NCBI RefSeq assembly: GCF_009914755.1
Contig: NC_060947.1
Reading direction: 5' to 3' (one strand)
DNA from: the human T2T-CHM13v2.0 reference genome, Homo sapiens
DNA length: 64,000 nt
Program-made: the position numbers and the translations under genes
Notes under the pieces: generated by a model
Told to the model about the DNA's origin: nothing
Seen by the model: the letters and a program-made list of their open reading frames with translations, nothing else
The model's database searches: none
In this document: positions 15,850-29,099 of the stretch, piece by piece
Layout: each line of letters opens with the position of its first letter
Position numbering within the stretch: the stretch's first letter is position 1

Positions 15850-15990
15850 TGGCTCCATCATTTCTTAGTTGTGTGACTTTGAGCAAGTCACTGTCCTTTT
15901 TTGGGCCTCAGGCTGCTCATCTCTGAAATGAAGATAATAATGCCTACTGACTGTTGCAACTCACAATGTGATGGCATATGCAAATGACAT
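15850..15990 (+). mobile_element. MIR fragment
   Basis: TGTGTGACTTTGAGCAAGTCACT...GGGCCTCAGG...CTCATCTCTGAAATG core. Confidence 0.65.
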
Positions 15991-16169
15991 CATAAGCTGT
16001 AGAGCCCAGCACTAGTGTGCGGTGTTATTCGGATTTCCTTCTCACTTCTGAAGGTGAGTGGGAAAATGCCATGTGTAAGAACACTGGACACTTCAGCTGG
16101 TAATGGTTCAAACCATACACTATCTCTAGTCAGGGCCTCCCTTCTCATAAGTTGTGCTTCCCCTGTTTT

Positions 16170-16640
16170 CAAAACATAGGTGTACATTGGGGGCTGAGGT
16201 TAGACAAAGATCAGCTCATGGAAGGCCCTGAAATACAGGCTAAAGAGTCAGGAATTCATCCAGAGGACAAAGGCAAGCACTGGACAGTTTTGAGCAGAAA
16301 AGGGATTTGGGGAATGTAGTATTTTAAGAAGGTTCATTTAAAATGGGTATATGGGCTGAATTGAAAAGAAAGGAGAACTGGAGGCAGGATGAGTAGTTGG
16401 GAGGTCGATCGCAATGATCAGTTTAAATGATAAAGAGCTATCAAATAGAAAGGAAGAAACAAATTCAAAAGAGATTTTAAAGGAAGCAACTGACAAATGA
16501 CTGGACACGGAGAGTGAGAGACAGAGAAAGGGGACATGATGACTAAGTTCCTAACTTAGGAGCTTGGGGGAATTGGGGCAATTGGGATATCACTAAGATA
16601 AACAGAGAAAACAGGACAGGACTTAGCTGTGGGGCATGTA
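16170..16640 (-). mobile_element. L2 fragment
   Basis: Purine-rich L2 phrases (TTTTGAGCAG, GGAGGCAGG...AGTTGGGAGG). Confidence 0.55.
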
Positions 16641-16689
16641 TGTGGGGAGGGTAGAGGATGGATAGATATGGGGCAGTTAATAACAAGTC

Positions 16690-17280
16690 GTGTTGGGCTA
16701 CAGTCCATCCCACAAGCCACACTGGCCCTCACCTACCATTTTGTATTTTTTTAGTGACATGGTCAGTCAAATGCAGCCAGGAGAGGCTCAGGAAGAAACA
16801 AAGTTGATTATCTTCCCAGGTCCCAGAGGCAGGAGGCACACCACACCACACAGGACCATGTGGGAAGTGCTTTCCCACATGACACCAGGGTCATCTGGAG
16901 GCAAACACAGGAATGAGGTGAGTGTTTAGGCCATGGCTATCATTGGGGTTTCCTTGGGAAAGGGAAAGCAGAACAGGTGATTGGCTTAGGATTTTCTAAT
17001 TTGTATAATTCTGACAGGCTCTAAGCTATAGGGATGGGGCCTAGTTGCCTGGTACCTGGCCCTGAGATGATTAAGGCCGAGGGATATTGCGTCCTGTGAC
17101 GTATGGGCCAGATAGAAGAGGCAGGGCTCCTGGCTCTGGTTTGGTTAGCTTGCATATCAAAGGCAGTTTCCTGGTTGAGCCATTTGTTATCTCTAAGAAT
17201 TGGCTAGCTCCAGGAGGGGCTGTCTCTCCACAGCCAGAAAGATTTTCTAGAATGTGAAATCATAATATATAGAAAATGAA
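16690..17280. mobile_element. Probable old LTR (ERVL-type, family not determined)
   Basis: LTR-like composition and phrases; no firm termini identified. Confidence 0.3.
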
Positions 17281-20104
17281 GAAAGTACCTAACTGGAGCT
17301 CTGTGCTTCAGGCAGGTCAGGGTCAGTCTGTCCCATCCACCCTACTCCACCATCCCAGTGGCGTACCATAGGTTATATAGTAATCTCCCCATTAATAGAC
17401 CTCTGGATAGGTTTCAATTTTTCACTATTTTAAATGATGTAACTGAGCTTTAAATAATCTGATATGGATCAACTCATATAATCTTCTTGGGGCCATGACT
17501 ATTCCAAGCTCCGTCTTCCACAACCTATTTTATTGCATGGATACTAAGCAAGTTTAACTGATTTTGCTACTTGGAGTCTCCAAGGAGCAGAAATGACTTG
17601 CTTGTGCAGATGGACATGATGATGTAAGCGTCTTCTCCTCAGCACTCTGGCTCTTTGAACCCAGTCCCACAATAGCAACTTGATTATTGTGGTTTCACTT
17701 AGTGCCCTCCTAATTCTCTATCCAGGGATCCGGGAGCTCAGCTGATGTTCTCTGACAGTACCAGTGCTGACAGACCTTATCTTTTGATTGAACCACATTT
17801 AACGTTTTTCTTTTGAGAATCCATTTATTTTAGTTTAATTAAATTGACTTCTGTGTTTTCAGTCTATTCTTTCTCCCAAGAAAGAGAAAAAAAAAATAAA
17901 ACATGCTCTTCCTGTGCTTTCTTGCCCCGTATTTTTCACCCTCCTCTTTTTCCCCTCTGTTTTCAGTGCCTTCCACTCTAGGAGTGGACAGTTAGAAGTC
18001 ATGTGTTCATTTCCACTTGCTGAGTCATGGAATCCCAGTGTTGAGTGGGTCTTAGAGAGACTTTAGTTCCACGATACCATTTTACAGATGAGGAAACTGG
18101 GATTGAGAGAGGTGAAGTCACTTGCCTAGACAAAACAGCTAATACCTTATTTGAGGAACCAAGAATAAATTTTTTAGGCCCTTTCCTCATTCCTAAATGT
18201 GTTAGTGTCTCCCAATCCCATGCTCATGTACACTGATAGGTTATACTTCCTATATTCTAATACTATTTTCCCATTTTACAGATGAAGAAACTGTATCCCA
18301 GTGTGTGAAGCAACATGGCTACCCAGCTAGAAGGAGGCAGCAAGAAGCCATGGATGCCCAGGTCACCACGGACACAGGTAGAACTCACAAGGAGTGAAGA
18401 GATCAGGGGAATACAATAGAGTGGAATACAATGTCAAGCATCCAGGATGCATTGAAAAAGCACTACCTCTGGAACAGGAAATAGCACTGCCATACCACTT
18501 GTGGTCCAGTCTCGCCAGTATTTTGACACTGACCTGCATGGGCAAAAAACCAAAACAGCATGCAAGTTTAAAGCGCACAAAGTCAATGTGGGAACTTCTC
18601 CCAACATGGTTGCCTGTGCTGACATCTTCATTAGGTTTTCTTGGAGTTTATACTGAAGTGAAAGGAACTTTTTCCTTTGTAAAAATTAGAGACTGAATTA
18701 TCCACCTGAATTGTCCTTCTAAATGGAATGTTTTCCAGGAGATATATTTCCAGGAAACTCCTTTGCCCGGCCACCAAACGTTTGATGGCAGCCAGGGCCT
18801 AGAGATATGAAGACAACTGGGGAAAAGAGCATTTGACTCTTGAGTCAACATAACCCAATAATGTAGGTTCTGGTTTTGCCACTCGCTAACCAGCACCTGA
18901 GTCACTTAATTTCTAATAAGGCTTCAGTTTCCTCATCTATAAAAAGAAGTTCATGAAATCTTCCCCACCTACCTCACAGGGCTCCTGAGAGCATCAAAGT
19001 GAGATGGTGGATGTGAAAGTGCTTTGAAAGCTCTAAAGTACTGGATGCCAGGATGGGTTAGCTGGGATCCTGCACAAGAGAATGTTTGATTCACTTTCAA
19101 TTCCCATCCCCAAGTATGTTAGTACACCACAGGCTCCTTGAGAACAGAAGAGTATCTCATATTGATCTTTTATTCCCTGAGTACCTAGAGAAGTACCTGG
19201 CATATAGTATGTGCTTATTAGCTCTCTGTTGAGTAAGTTAATTGGCCAGATATTGACAGTAATTTATCTGGTTTGCCTCCATGATGGTACAATCAGATGT
19301 AGGAGAAGATATTCATTTCTATTGACTTAAAAAGCTGTGGACAAAACATCATAAGCTAATAGATTTTTGGTAGAGGGTTAGAAGAAATAATTTGTCTAGT
19401 TTTACCATTAAGATTTATCTCCACCCACCACATATACACTCATGCATGCACACTCACAGGCTCACATGCTTATCCCCATTGCTATTAGCTAATTGACAAC
19501 TTTCCCAGTTTTCTATTTCACCTTGTAGAAAGCACTTTTCACTTGCAAATTAACCATACTGTCAAGTCAGAAGGAGGGTTTCTGTCAAAATGACTTCTGG
19601 ACAATGTGTTGAAAGAATACCAATACCAGAGATTTAAAAAAACTCAATTTAAGTAAAGTCAGAGAAGGTGAGAGCTAGAGGGAACCTCTGAGATAATCTA
19701 GTTCAAAACCATCATTTTCCACATGTGGAAACTGAAGCCTAGAGAGGAAAAGAACTTGCTCAGCGTCACATTTGTAGATTATAATGGTTTGAGAGTGGAG
19801 AGAATGACTGGGACGGGCATGTCTTACTTCAGAGTGACTCTGGAGTAAGACAGAATTAGTTTTATGTTTTGATTTTGCAACTGTATGAATTTGGCAGGGA
19901 CTTATTTCACTAAGTCCCTTTTCTTTACCTGTAAATTGAGTATAGTGATACACACAATAATTCCTACTTCATAGGAATATTATGCTGGTTAATATTATGT
20001 GTCACCTTGACTTGGCCATGGAGTAGGGTGGGGGTGCCCAGACATTTGGTCTGGGCAAATATTATTTCTGGGTATGTCTATGAGAGTGTTTTTAATCTGT
20101 ATGT

Positions 20105-20228
20105 ATTTTTTAAACAGGTGGGAGTCTTGCTATGTTGCCCAGATTGGACCAGAACTCCTGACTCAAGCAATCCTCCTGACTCAGCCTCCTGAGTAGCTGG
20201 GACTACAGGTCCATGTCACTACACCCAA
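20105..20228 (-). mobile_element. FLAM/Alu monomer inside MLT2
   Basis: GTCTTGCTATGTTGCCCAG...CTCAGCCTCCTGAGTAGCTGGGACTACAGG. Confidence 0.75.
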
Positions 20229-20229
20229 C

Positions 20230-20385
20230 AAATGGAGGCTGGGAAGGGGAAGGGGAAGGGAGAGATATACAGAGATTTGTTAAAGGATACAAAATTACCC
20301 TGATCTGATCACTATACATTATATGTATTGAGATATCACTGTACCCCATGAATATGTACAATTATTATTTGTCAATTTTTAAAAA
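20230..20385 (+). mobile_element. L1MA-type 3' end with internal deletion, inside MLT2
   Basis: GGATACAAAATTAC...CCTGATCTGATCACTATACATT...CCCCATGAATATGTACAATTATT. Confidence 0.65.
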
Positions 20386-20693
20386 CCATATGACTTGACA
20401 GACTGAGTAAAGCAAGTTGTCCTCCCTAATATGGGTGGACCTCATCTAATCAGTTGGAGGCCTGAATAGAACAAAAAGGCTGAGCGAGAGGGAGCTCTTT
20501 CTGCCTGACTGCCGAAATGGGACATTGGTCTTTTCTGGCCTTCAGACTCGGACTGAAACACTGACTCTTCTTGGGTGTGAAGTCTGTTGGCCTTGGGACT
20601 GGTACTATACAACAGCTCTCCTGGGTTTCCAGCTTGCTGACTGCAGATTTTGGGAATTCTCAGCTAGGAATCATGTGAATCAATTCCTTATAA

Positions 20694-20808
<115 letters not shown>

Positions 20809-21692
20809 GATCCTATTGGTTCTGTTTCTCTGGAGAAGCCTGACAAATATAATAGGATATTGTGAAGAGAAAATGGGTACCATAGCCCCTCTCCCGGCAT
20901 CTGGGACAGACTAGGGGCTCAATATGAATTCCCTCTTATTCCCTTTCCTTCTATTTCCCTTTACATCTTCACTGATTAGCCTTGTGGGTAGTACATAATA
21001 GAGATATCATAATATTTGTTAATTAGAATTGGTTGTCACCTTGATCCCATGCAGTGCTTTAGGATCAGTTATCCTTTCAGGAAGCAGTCTCCTATTTTAG
21101 ACAGATATTTGTAGGTACAAGTGACTTTTCATGGCCTTCTCGTAAGTTCCTGTTTGATGTGACATCTCAACCGCAAGAACATTGGCATATCTGCTCCTTG
21201 GCACACTCATCTACCACCAGACCACTGCAGAATGGAGAAAGCCAGAAGGGGGTGGGAGTGAAATCAAAGCTAGAGAAGAACTTCACCTTCCGCCAAGCCT
21301 GCAGTCCCCACAAGGGTAATTTCTCTCATCTTGGCACTTTCCCACTTCATCTCATAATGGCAGAAACCTATTTTCAAGTCTCTTATGAGCCCCCACAGTA
21401 CTTTATACAGCTCTGTTTTACAAATAAAGAAATAGAGTCTCAGAAAGTTTAAATAACTTGCCCAAAGTCATGGACCTAGTAAGCAGCATAGCTCAGAGGC
21501 AAGAGAGCAGCCACCACTTACTGAACACTCACCCTGTAACATAGCTGTGATTATTGTCTCCCTCACCTTTCAGATGTGAAAAATTGGGCTTAGAGAGTTG
21601 CCCAGTATACTCTGTTAGTCAGTAACAAACTGGGATTCACAGTAAGTTGCTTACACTAAATACTTGCTGAATAAATGATTGTCTCTCTGGGA

Positions 21693-21918
21693 CAGGGTTT
21701 CTTGACCTTGGCACTATTGATGTTTTGGGCCAGATACATTTTTTGTGTGGTGGCAGCTGCCCCATGAATTGAAGGATGTTTAATAGTGTCCCTGGCCTCT
21801 ACCTACTTCGAGGCCAGTAGCACATCTCCCAAGTTGTAACAACCAAGTATGTCTCCAGACATTGCCAGATATCCCCTTGGGGACAAAATCATCCCCCACC
21901 TCCATTTGAGAAACCTTG
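21693..21918 (+). mobile_element. MER20 (hAT-Charlie)
   Basis: GGCACTATTGATGTTTTGGGCCAGAT...TGTCTCCAGACATTGCCA. Partial 8-bp TSD CTCTGGGA / CTCTGGAC. Confidence 0.85.
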
Positions 21919-22139
21919 CTCTGGACCTTTGGTCAGCAGACTTTACAAGGAACTCTTGCTGGCTTCCAAACTTTGATGCCCTTGGAATAAAAGAGATCTG
22001 CTTTCCCTCCTGGAAGTTCTCTGAAGGGTGTTCTCAAACTCATGTGTGACTGAGTTTCCTAATTTGTAATTGATTTTTCCAGCTTTGTTTTATGAAACTT
22101 GTCACTCTTTCAGTGGTCACAGAATTACAAAGGATGTAA

Positions 22140-22483
<344 letters not shown>

Positions 22484-23299
22484 CTACATTTACCTAAATT
22501 TTCTCTGAACGTGGAGTGGGCATCTGTTGAGATGAACTAGCAAAAGCCTAACTAGTTAGCAACAAAACAAAACACATAATTGAGCAAAAAAGTGAAATGT
22601 CAAATAAATTAAAGATAGAATTACAGGTATTTTCATCTTGACTTCCATTTCTCTTTGTTCTTAATTCAAACCCAAGATGAACAATATTCTTTAGATTTAG
22701 TATTCAAATTCCATTTACCATAGGCTTCTGAGCCTGTCATGATTCTGATCTGGCTATTGTGTTCATGTAATCATGAATCTGAGATAATGAATGTAGCTAT
22801 TGCAATGACTGAAAATATCTTGGGATGGGATTGGTGGGAAGGAACATTATCTTGACCTTTGAAAACTTTAATCTCCTACCACCCAGACTGTGTAGTAAGC
22901 CCTCCCTGGCCTAAGTCCTCTCTTAACCCATTTGGGGCAAGACTGTAATAGAAGGGAGTCTTCTAGGGTGGCAGATGCCTTCCCTTTCCATTGGAGCCAT
23001 AGAGAAGTCCTTTCCTCCTTATAGCCTCAGTTTTCCTCCTGAGCAATATGAGAGGTGTGCAACAACTAACTAAAAGTTACCATGTCTCTTTGGTTAATAA
23101 AACCAGGACCATTATTAGCTCCTAATAATAGTTGCTCGCATTTGCAAAGCATTTTATAGATATAAAAGGAGGCATACAATTTCATAGATTTGAAGATACT
23201 CTTTTTTTCCTGTTGTAACATCCTCAAAACTGGGATGCATCTCAAAATCAATGGCATTTTAGATTAGATGAAATGTGTCATATTTTTCAAAATATTGGG

Positions 23300-23560
23300 G
23301 AAACAGTACACGGTTGTCAATATTTCAGTGTTGCCTTGGGAAATGGGTATGGGCAGATGGACTGAAATGGAACATGAGGGAACACTTGAGAGTTATGAAA
23401 ATGTATGTATTAATTGTGGCAGTGGTCATGAGCGTACACTTTTGTAAAACTTTGTCAAACTATACAGTCAAAAAGGGGTGGTCCATTTTATTGCATGTAA
23501 ATTATAACTCAATAATGTTGATGCAAGAAGAAAAAAAACAGAAAGTTTAAGTGAAAAAAA
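23300..23560 (+). mobile_element. Old L1 (L1ME-like) 3' end
   Basis: CATTTTATTGCATGTAAATTATAACTCAATAA followed by an A-rich tail. Confidence 0.55.
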
Positions 23561-24249
23561 AATTCCCTTCTTGTAACTCTCTTTGCTTTGGTTTTCAAGA
23601 CATCAGTGAAATGCTCTTTCAGGTTCGTGTACAAAATGTGGATAATAGGTTTGTTCATAAAGTTAAATGAGATAATGCTAGGAAAGTACTTGGCTTAGGT
23701 CCTGCTCTGGCATTAACAAAGCACAGTTGACAGGGGCTACTGCCTTTCTTTCTTCTGTGCCTAAGATGAACCATTGTATAAAAGCATAATGATCAGCATT
23801 ACCATAGCTGATCACTGTTTCATTAAACAAATTTATTTTTTCATAAATCTCAAGTCAACCAGGCTGTTAATAAATTATTAGGGAAAAACCCAAATCAAAT
23901 ATAATAAATATTATATGTGGACAATTTTTCAGTAAAATTGTATATGATATGAAGAGAACAACTCGGCTATCAGTGAGCCAAAGGGTCAGATCTGACCCTT
24001 TAATGATCTTGTGATGCTCAAAAGGTATTGTTTATTATACTTGAAATATTTGCCCCTAGGCAGCCCCACAGTTTTCAAGCCTTTTCTACTACCACCATGC
24101 ATCTAACCTGAAATTTCCTAACAAGAACCTCCAGGCTACATGTTTCCAAGTTTCTAGTAATATGATATTGAAAAATGCATTTCATTTCCTCTGGACCTCA
24201 GCTATCTCATCCCTAAAGTGAGGATATTAACTACTTCCTTTGTTTTCCT

Positions 24250-25230
24250 CAATGTTCATTTTATCTGATAGTAATATCATCTGTCCAACTTTATTATGAT
24301 TAATATTTGCATAGTATAGCTTTTTTCTTCTGATTACTTTTAGCCTAAGTGTGTCATTGAATTTAAAATTCATTTATTGAAGACAACATACTGAGTGATC
24401 TTGCCTTTTTACCTAGTCTTATTATCTCTGAATTTTGATTTCAGTGTTTAGATGATTATATTTAATATAATTTTTAACATGGCTGCATTTAAGTGTAACC
24501 TCTTGTTATCCATTTTTTTTCTATTTGTCCCGTCTGTTCTTTGTTCCCTTTTCCCTCTTGTCCTGACTTATTTTGTATTAAGTTGGATTAATTTTATTGT
24601 TTCATTTTACTTCCACTTTTGGCTTATTTGGCACACTTCTTTGTTCCATGTTTGCAATGAGGTTTAACTTATGAGTCTCTAGCTTATCACAACATGCAAT
24701 AAATCATTTTCTTACAACTCACATTGGTGGTTAAAATCTTATAACAGTGTACTTCCATTCCCTTGTCCTTTGTACTATCATCGTATGTTTTAGTTATTTA
24801 TGTCTTACAAACTCCATAATACATCATTGCTATTTTGCTTTAGACAGCCAGTCATCTTTTTATAATACTTTTAAAGGTATAACTTATGTATAATAATCTG
24901 TACATATTCAAATTGTGCTATTCCAATGAGTCTGAGATATATATGTGGATAAACATGTGTATCCATCCATGAAACCACTGCCACAATCAAGATACTGAAC
25001 ATGTCTGTGAATCCCCAGAGTTTTATCTTGCCCATATGCACGTCTCCTGATGACAAATTCTTTTAGTTCTTCTTCTTTTTTTTAGTCAGAAAATGTATTT
25101 ATTTCACCTTAATGTACGAAAAATACTTTTGCTGGCTATATAGGCTTCTAAATAGATATTTTTCTTTCAGCACATTAAGGATGTTGTTCCAATCTCTTCT
25201 AATTTGCAATGTTTCAAGGAGAGACCAGCA
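24250..25230 (-). mobile_element. Old L1 ORF1/ORF2 junction fragments with a nested L1 3' end (~24860-25050)
   Basis: Antisense L1 phrases; CCACTGCCACAATCAAGATACTGAACAT is typical of L1MC/ME 3' ends. Confidence 0.55.
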
Positions 25231-26769
25231 GCAACATGTTCAGCGGAGAGCTGATGCTAGTGTAGAGGGCTAGCAGAGCTCTGTCAAATGTGGAAGAGCT
25301 GCAGTTTAGCCTGGGAATGGAGCCATTAGGGGAGACATAATAAATTGACTTGGAGATCAGAAAGGCTGCCTTGGGAGGATTCTAGTGGCAGAACTTCTGA
25401 AAGTATCTAGGGTTTGGCTCAGTGGCTTAAGGACTCAGCTAACTCTATAGTCTATCAATTTGCCATCATTAAACGTTGCTATTTGTACCTTACCAAAGTC
25501 CTTCCTCACATTCTTTGCACAGGACCTTAGCATGGTAGTGATTCATTAAATGTTTTTTGAATTGAGTTGGATCCTTGCTATCTAATGAAATCATTAGAAA
25601 AAATGGAACCTCGCTATATTGAAGTTTAACTTGACAATAGAATTAGTTCCCAATTTTTCAACTCCTTGAACAAAAATCATTTCTGAGGTGATACAATATT
25701 TATGTGAATTAGTACTAACCTTTGGGAGAGCATTAAACATTCCCCATTAATAATTGCTTCTAAGTGATAGTGCATACTTGGCAGGGAATGGGAGCATTTA
25801 TAGGTTCTCTCTCCCAGTATTCACAGACTTTTAATGAGAGCTGTAGCTCACTTGAGTTGAGGGAATAAAAGACAAGGGAGTGCCAGGATTCCTCCCTTTG
25901 CTCTTCACATTGTGACTGGTGAACAAGGCCGACTTCATTCCACAGCTGGATTGATATGTAAATTTACTCCGACTAATTGGCTTCCCCAGCTGTCTCCAGA
26001 GGGCGGATGTATTCTTTATAAAGTGCTGTCTAGGGCTGCATTGAGAACATTAGAACTACTTAATTGAATATCAATGAATCTTTATAAACTAATAATGATG
26101 GGGAGCCTGGGAAGCCTGATGTAGATTTGGCATATTGAGAAGAGGAGTGCCCTGATTTGAATTTGTGGGAAGTGAAATTTTCTCTGAGTTTTACAAAACC
26201 CAATTTAGGCTTCTTTAATCTAAAATCCTTGAAAGCCCCACTGGTGCCTTCTTGAACATGTCATTTGGTGAATGTTGGACGTGAGCAAGTGTGTCAGTCT
26301 GTGTCAAGAGATTACCTCCCTCCTTTTCCTAATACAGTAAAACTCAATGATTGTTGTGGTTAATTCTTGCTCATGCAGGAAGAGTCACTACTCCTTTCCA
26401 CAAGTCACTCCTCCTTTCCCTTAGGGACTGGGGGAGTGCATCCAAACTGAGTATACCTTGTTGCTCCTTGCACAGGGCTCCTTGCAGAGCTGATATTCAG
26501 AAACTGAGTGAGCATAGATCTTTGCCTTTAAGTCCTACCAGGAAGTTCACTGAATCAAACCAAACCCAACCAAAGCAAAGCACCAAACCAAACAAGAATA
26601 ACAAACAACAAACATAACTCTGTGTAGTTCAAAGTAGTGGGGTTGATATTGCTGGATCACTGGGCCATTCTGAGGTCCACTGAGATGTGCCTAGGATGAG
26701 GATTTCCTTTTTCTTGTCTTCTCTCCCTCCCTCTACTACCTTGTGCTATCAGACATTCAAAGGCCTAGG

Positions 26770-28260
<1,491 letters not shown>

Positions 28261-28299
28261 AATCAAGGTTACTCTCTCTTCTGGGTAGTTGAATCTAAA

Positions 28300-29040
28300 A
28301 AAAAAAAAAACACCTCTCCCTTGACACTTCATCTTCTTCTAACTACCTGTCTGAGATACCTTTCCTTCAATTCCCTTCCAAGCTTTTCACAAAGGTAGTG
28401 CACAAACACAGTCTCCACTCACTCAGCTCTTTTCCACTCCTAATGGATCACAATTTGGATTCTGCCCCTGGACCAGCTCTCAAGTCACTAACAATAGCTC
28501 TGTTATGAAGTTTGGAGAATATGCTGCAGCTCTCCATGTTGGGCAGGTCTGGTCCCTTTTTCTCCACCTGCACTTTCAAGATTGGGTTCCCAGGTGGGGC
28601 TCTTCTCACTGTTCACACTCTTCCTAAGTGATCTTGCCAACTCACATGAGTTTCATATTACATCTGGCAAGGTTCTCTAAGATTCCTACCTGTAGCCCAA
28701 ATCTCTCCCTTCAAACTCCAGAGGCATCTATCAGTCTGTTGGATAGTTCCACCTGGAGGTCCCACAGGCAACTCTCAAGTCCAGATATCCAAAACCAGAC
28801 TCGTCATCACCTCCAGTCTTCCAAATCTGTCTCTGTCTTTTCTGTTTTGGTTACTGGTGTCAACATACTCCCAGTAGGGTTGTCACTGTCTGCTTATTTC
28901 TTTCTCATACAGTTGTGTGGATTTAATTTTCTTAATAGTAGGCACCCTGGCTTAGTCCCTTAGTCACTTACCGTCAGCATCTTGCATAGTGCCAGATGCC
29001 CAAGTAGGTGCTTAATTGTTGGTTCAATAAACGAATGAAA
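28300..29040 (+). mobile_element. L2 fragments
   Basis: Pyrimidine-rich L2 phrases (AGCCCAAATCTCTCCC..AACTCCAG; CCACCTGGAGGTCCCACAGGCAACTC) and an L2-type 3' tail. Confidence 0.6.
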
Positions 29041-29099
29041 TTATTGGACTTATAGTGATAACCATTCTTTTGACCACTTTATGATTTTGTTTGCATTTT

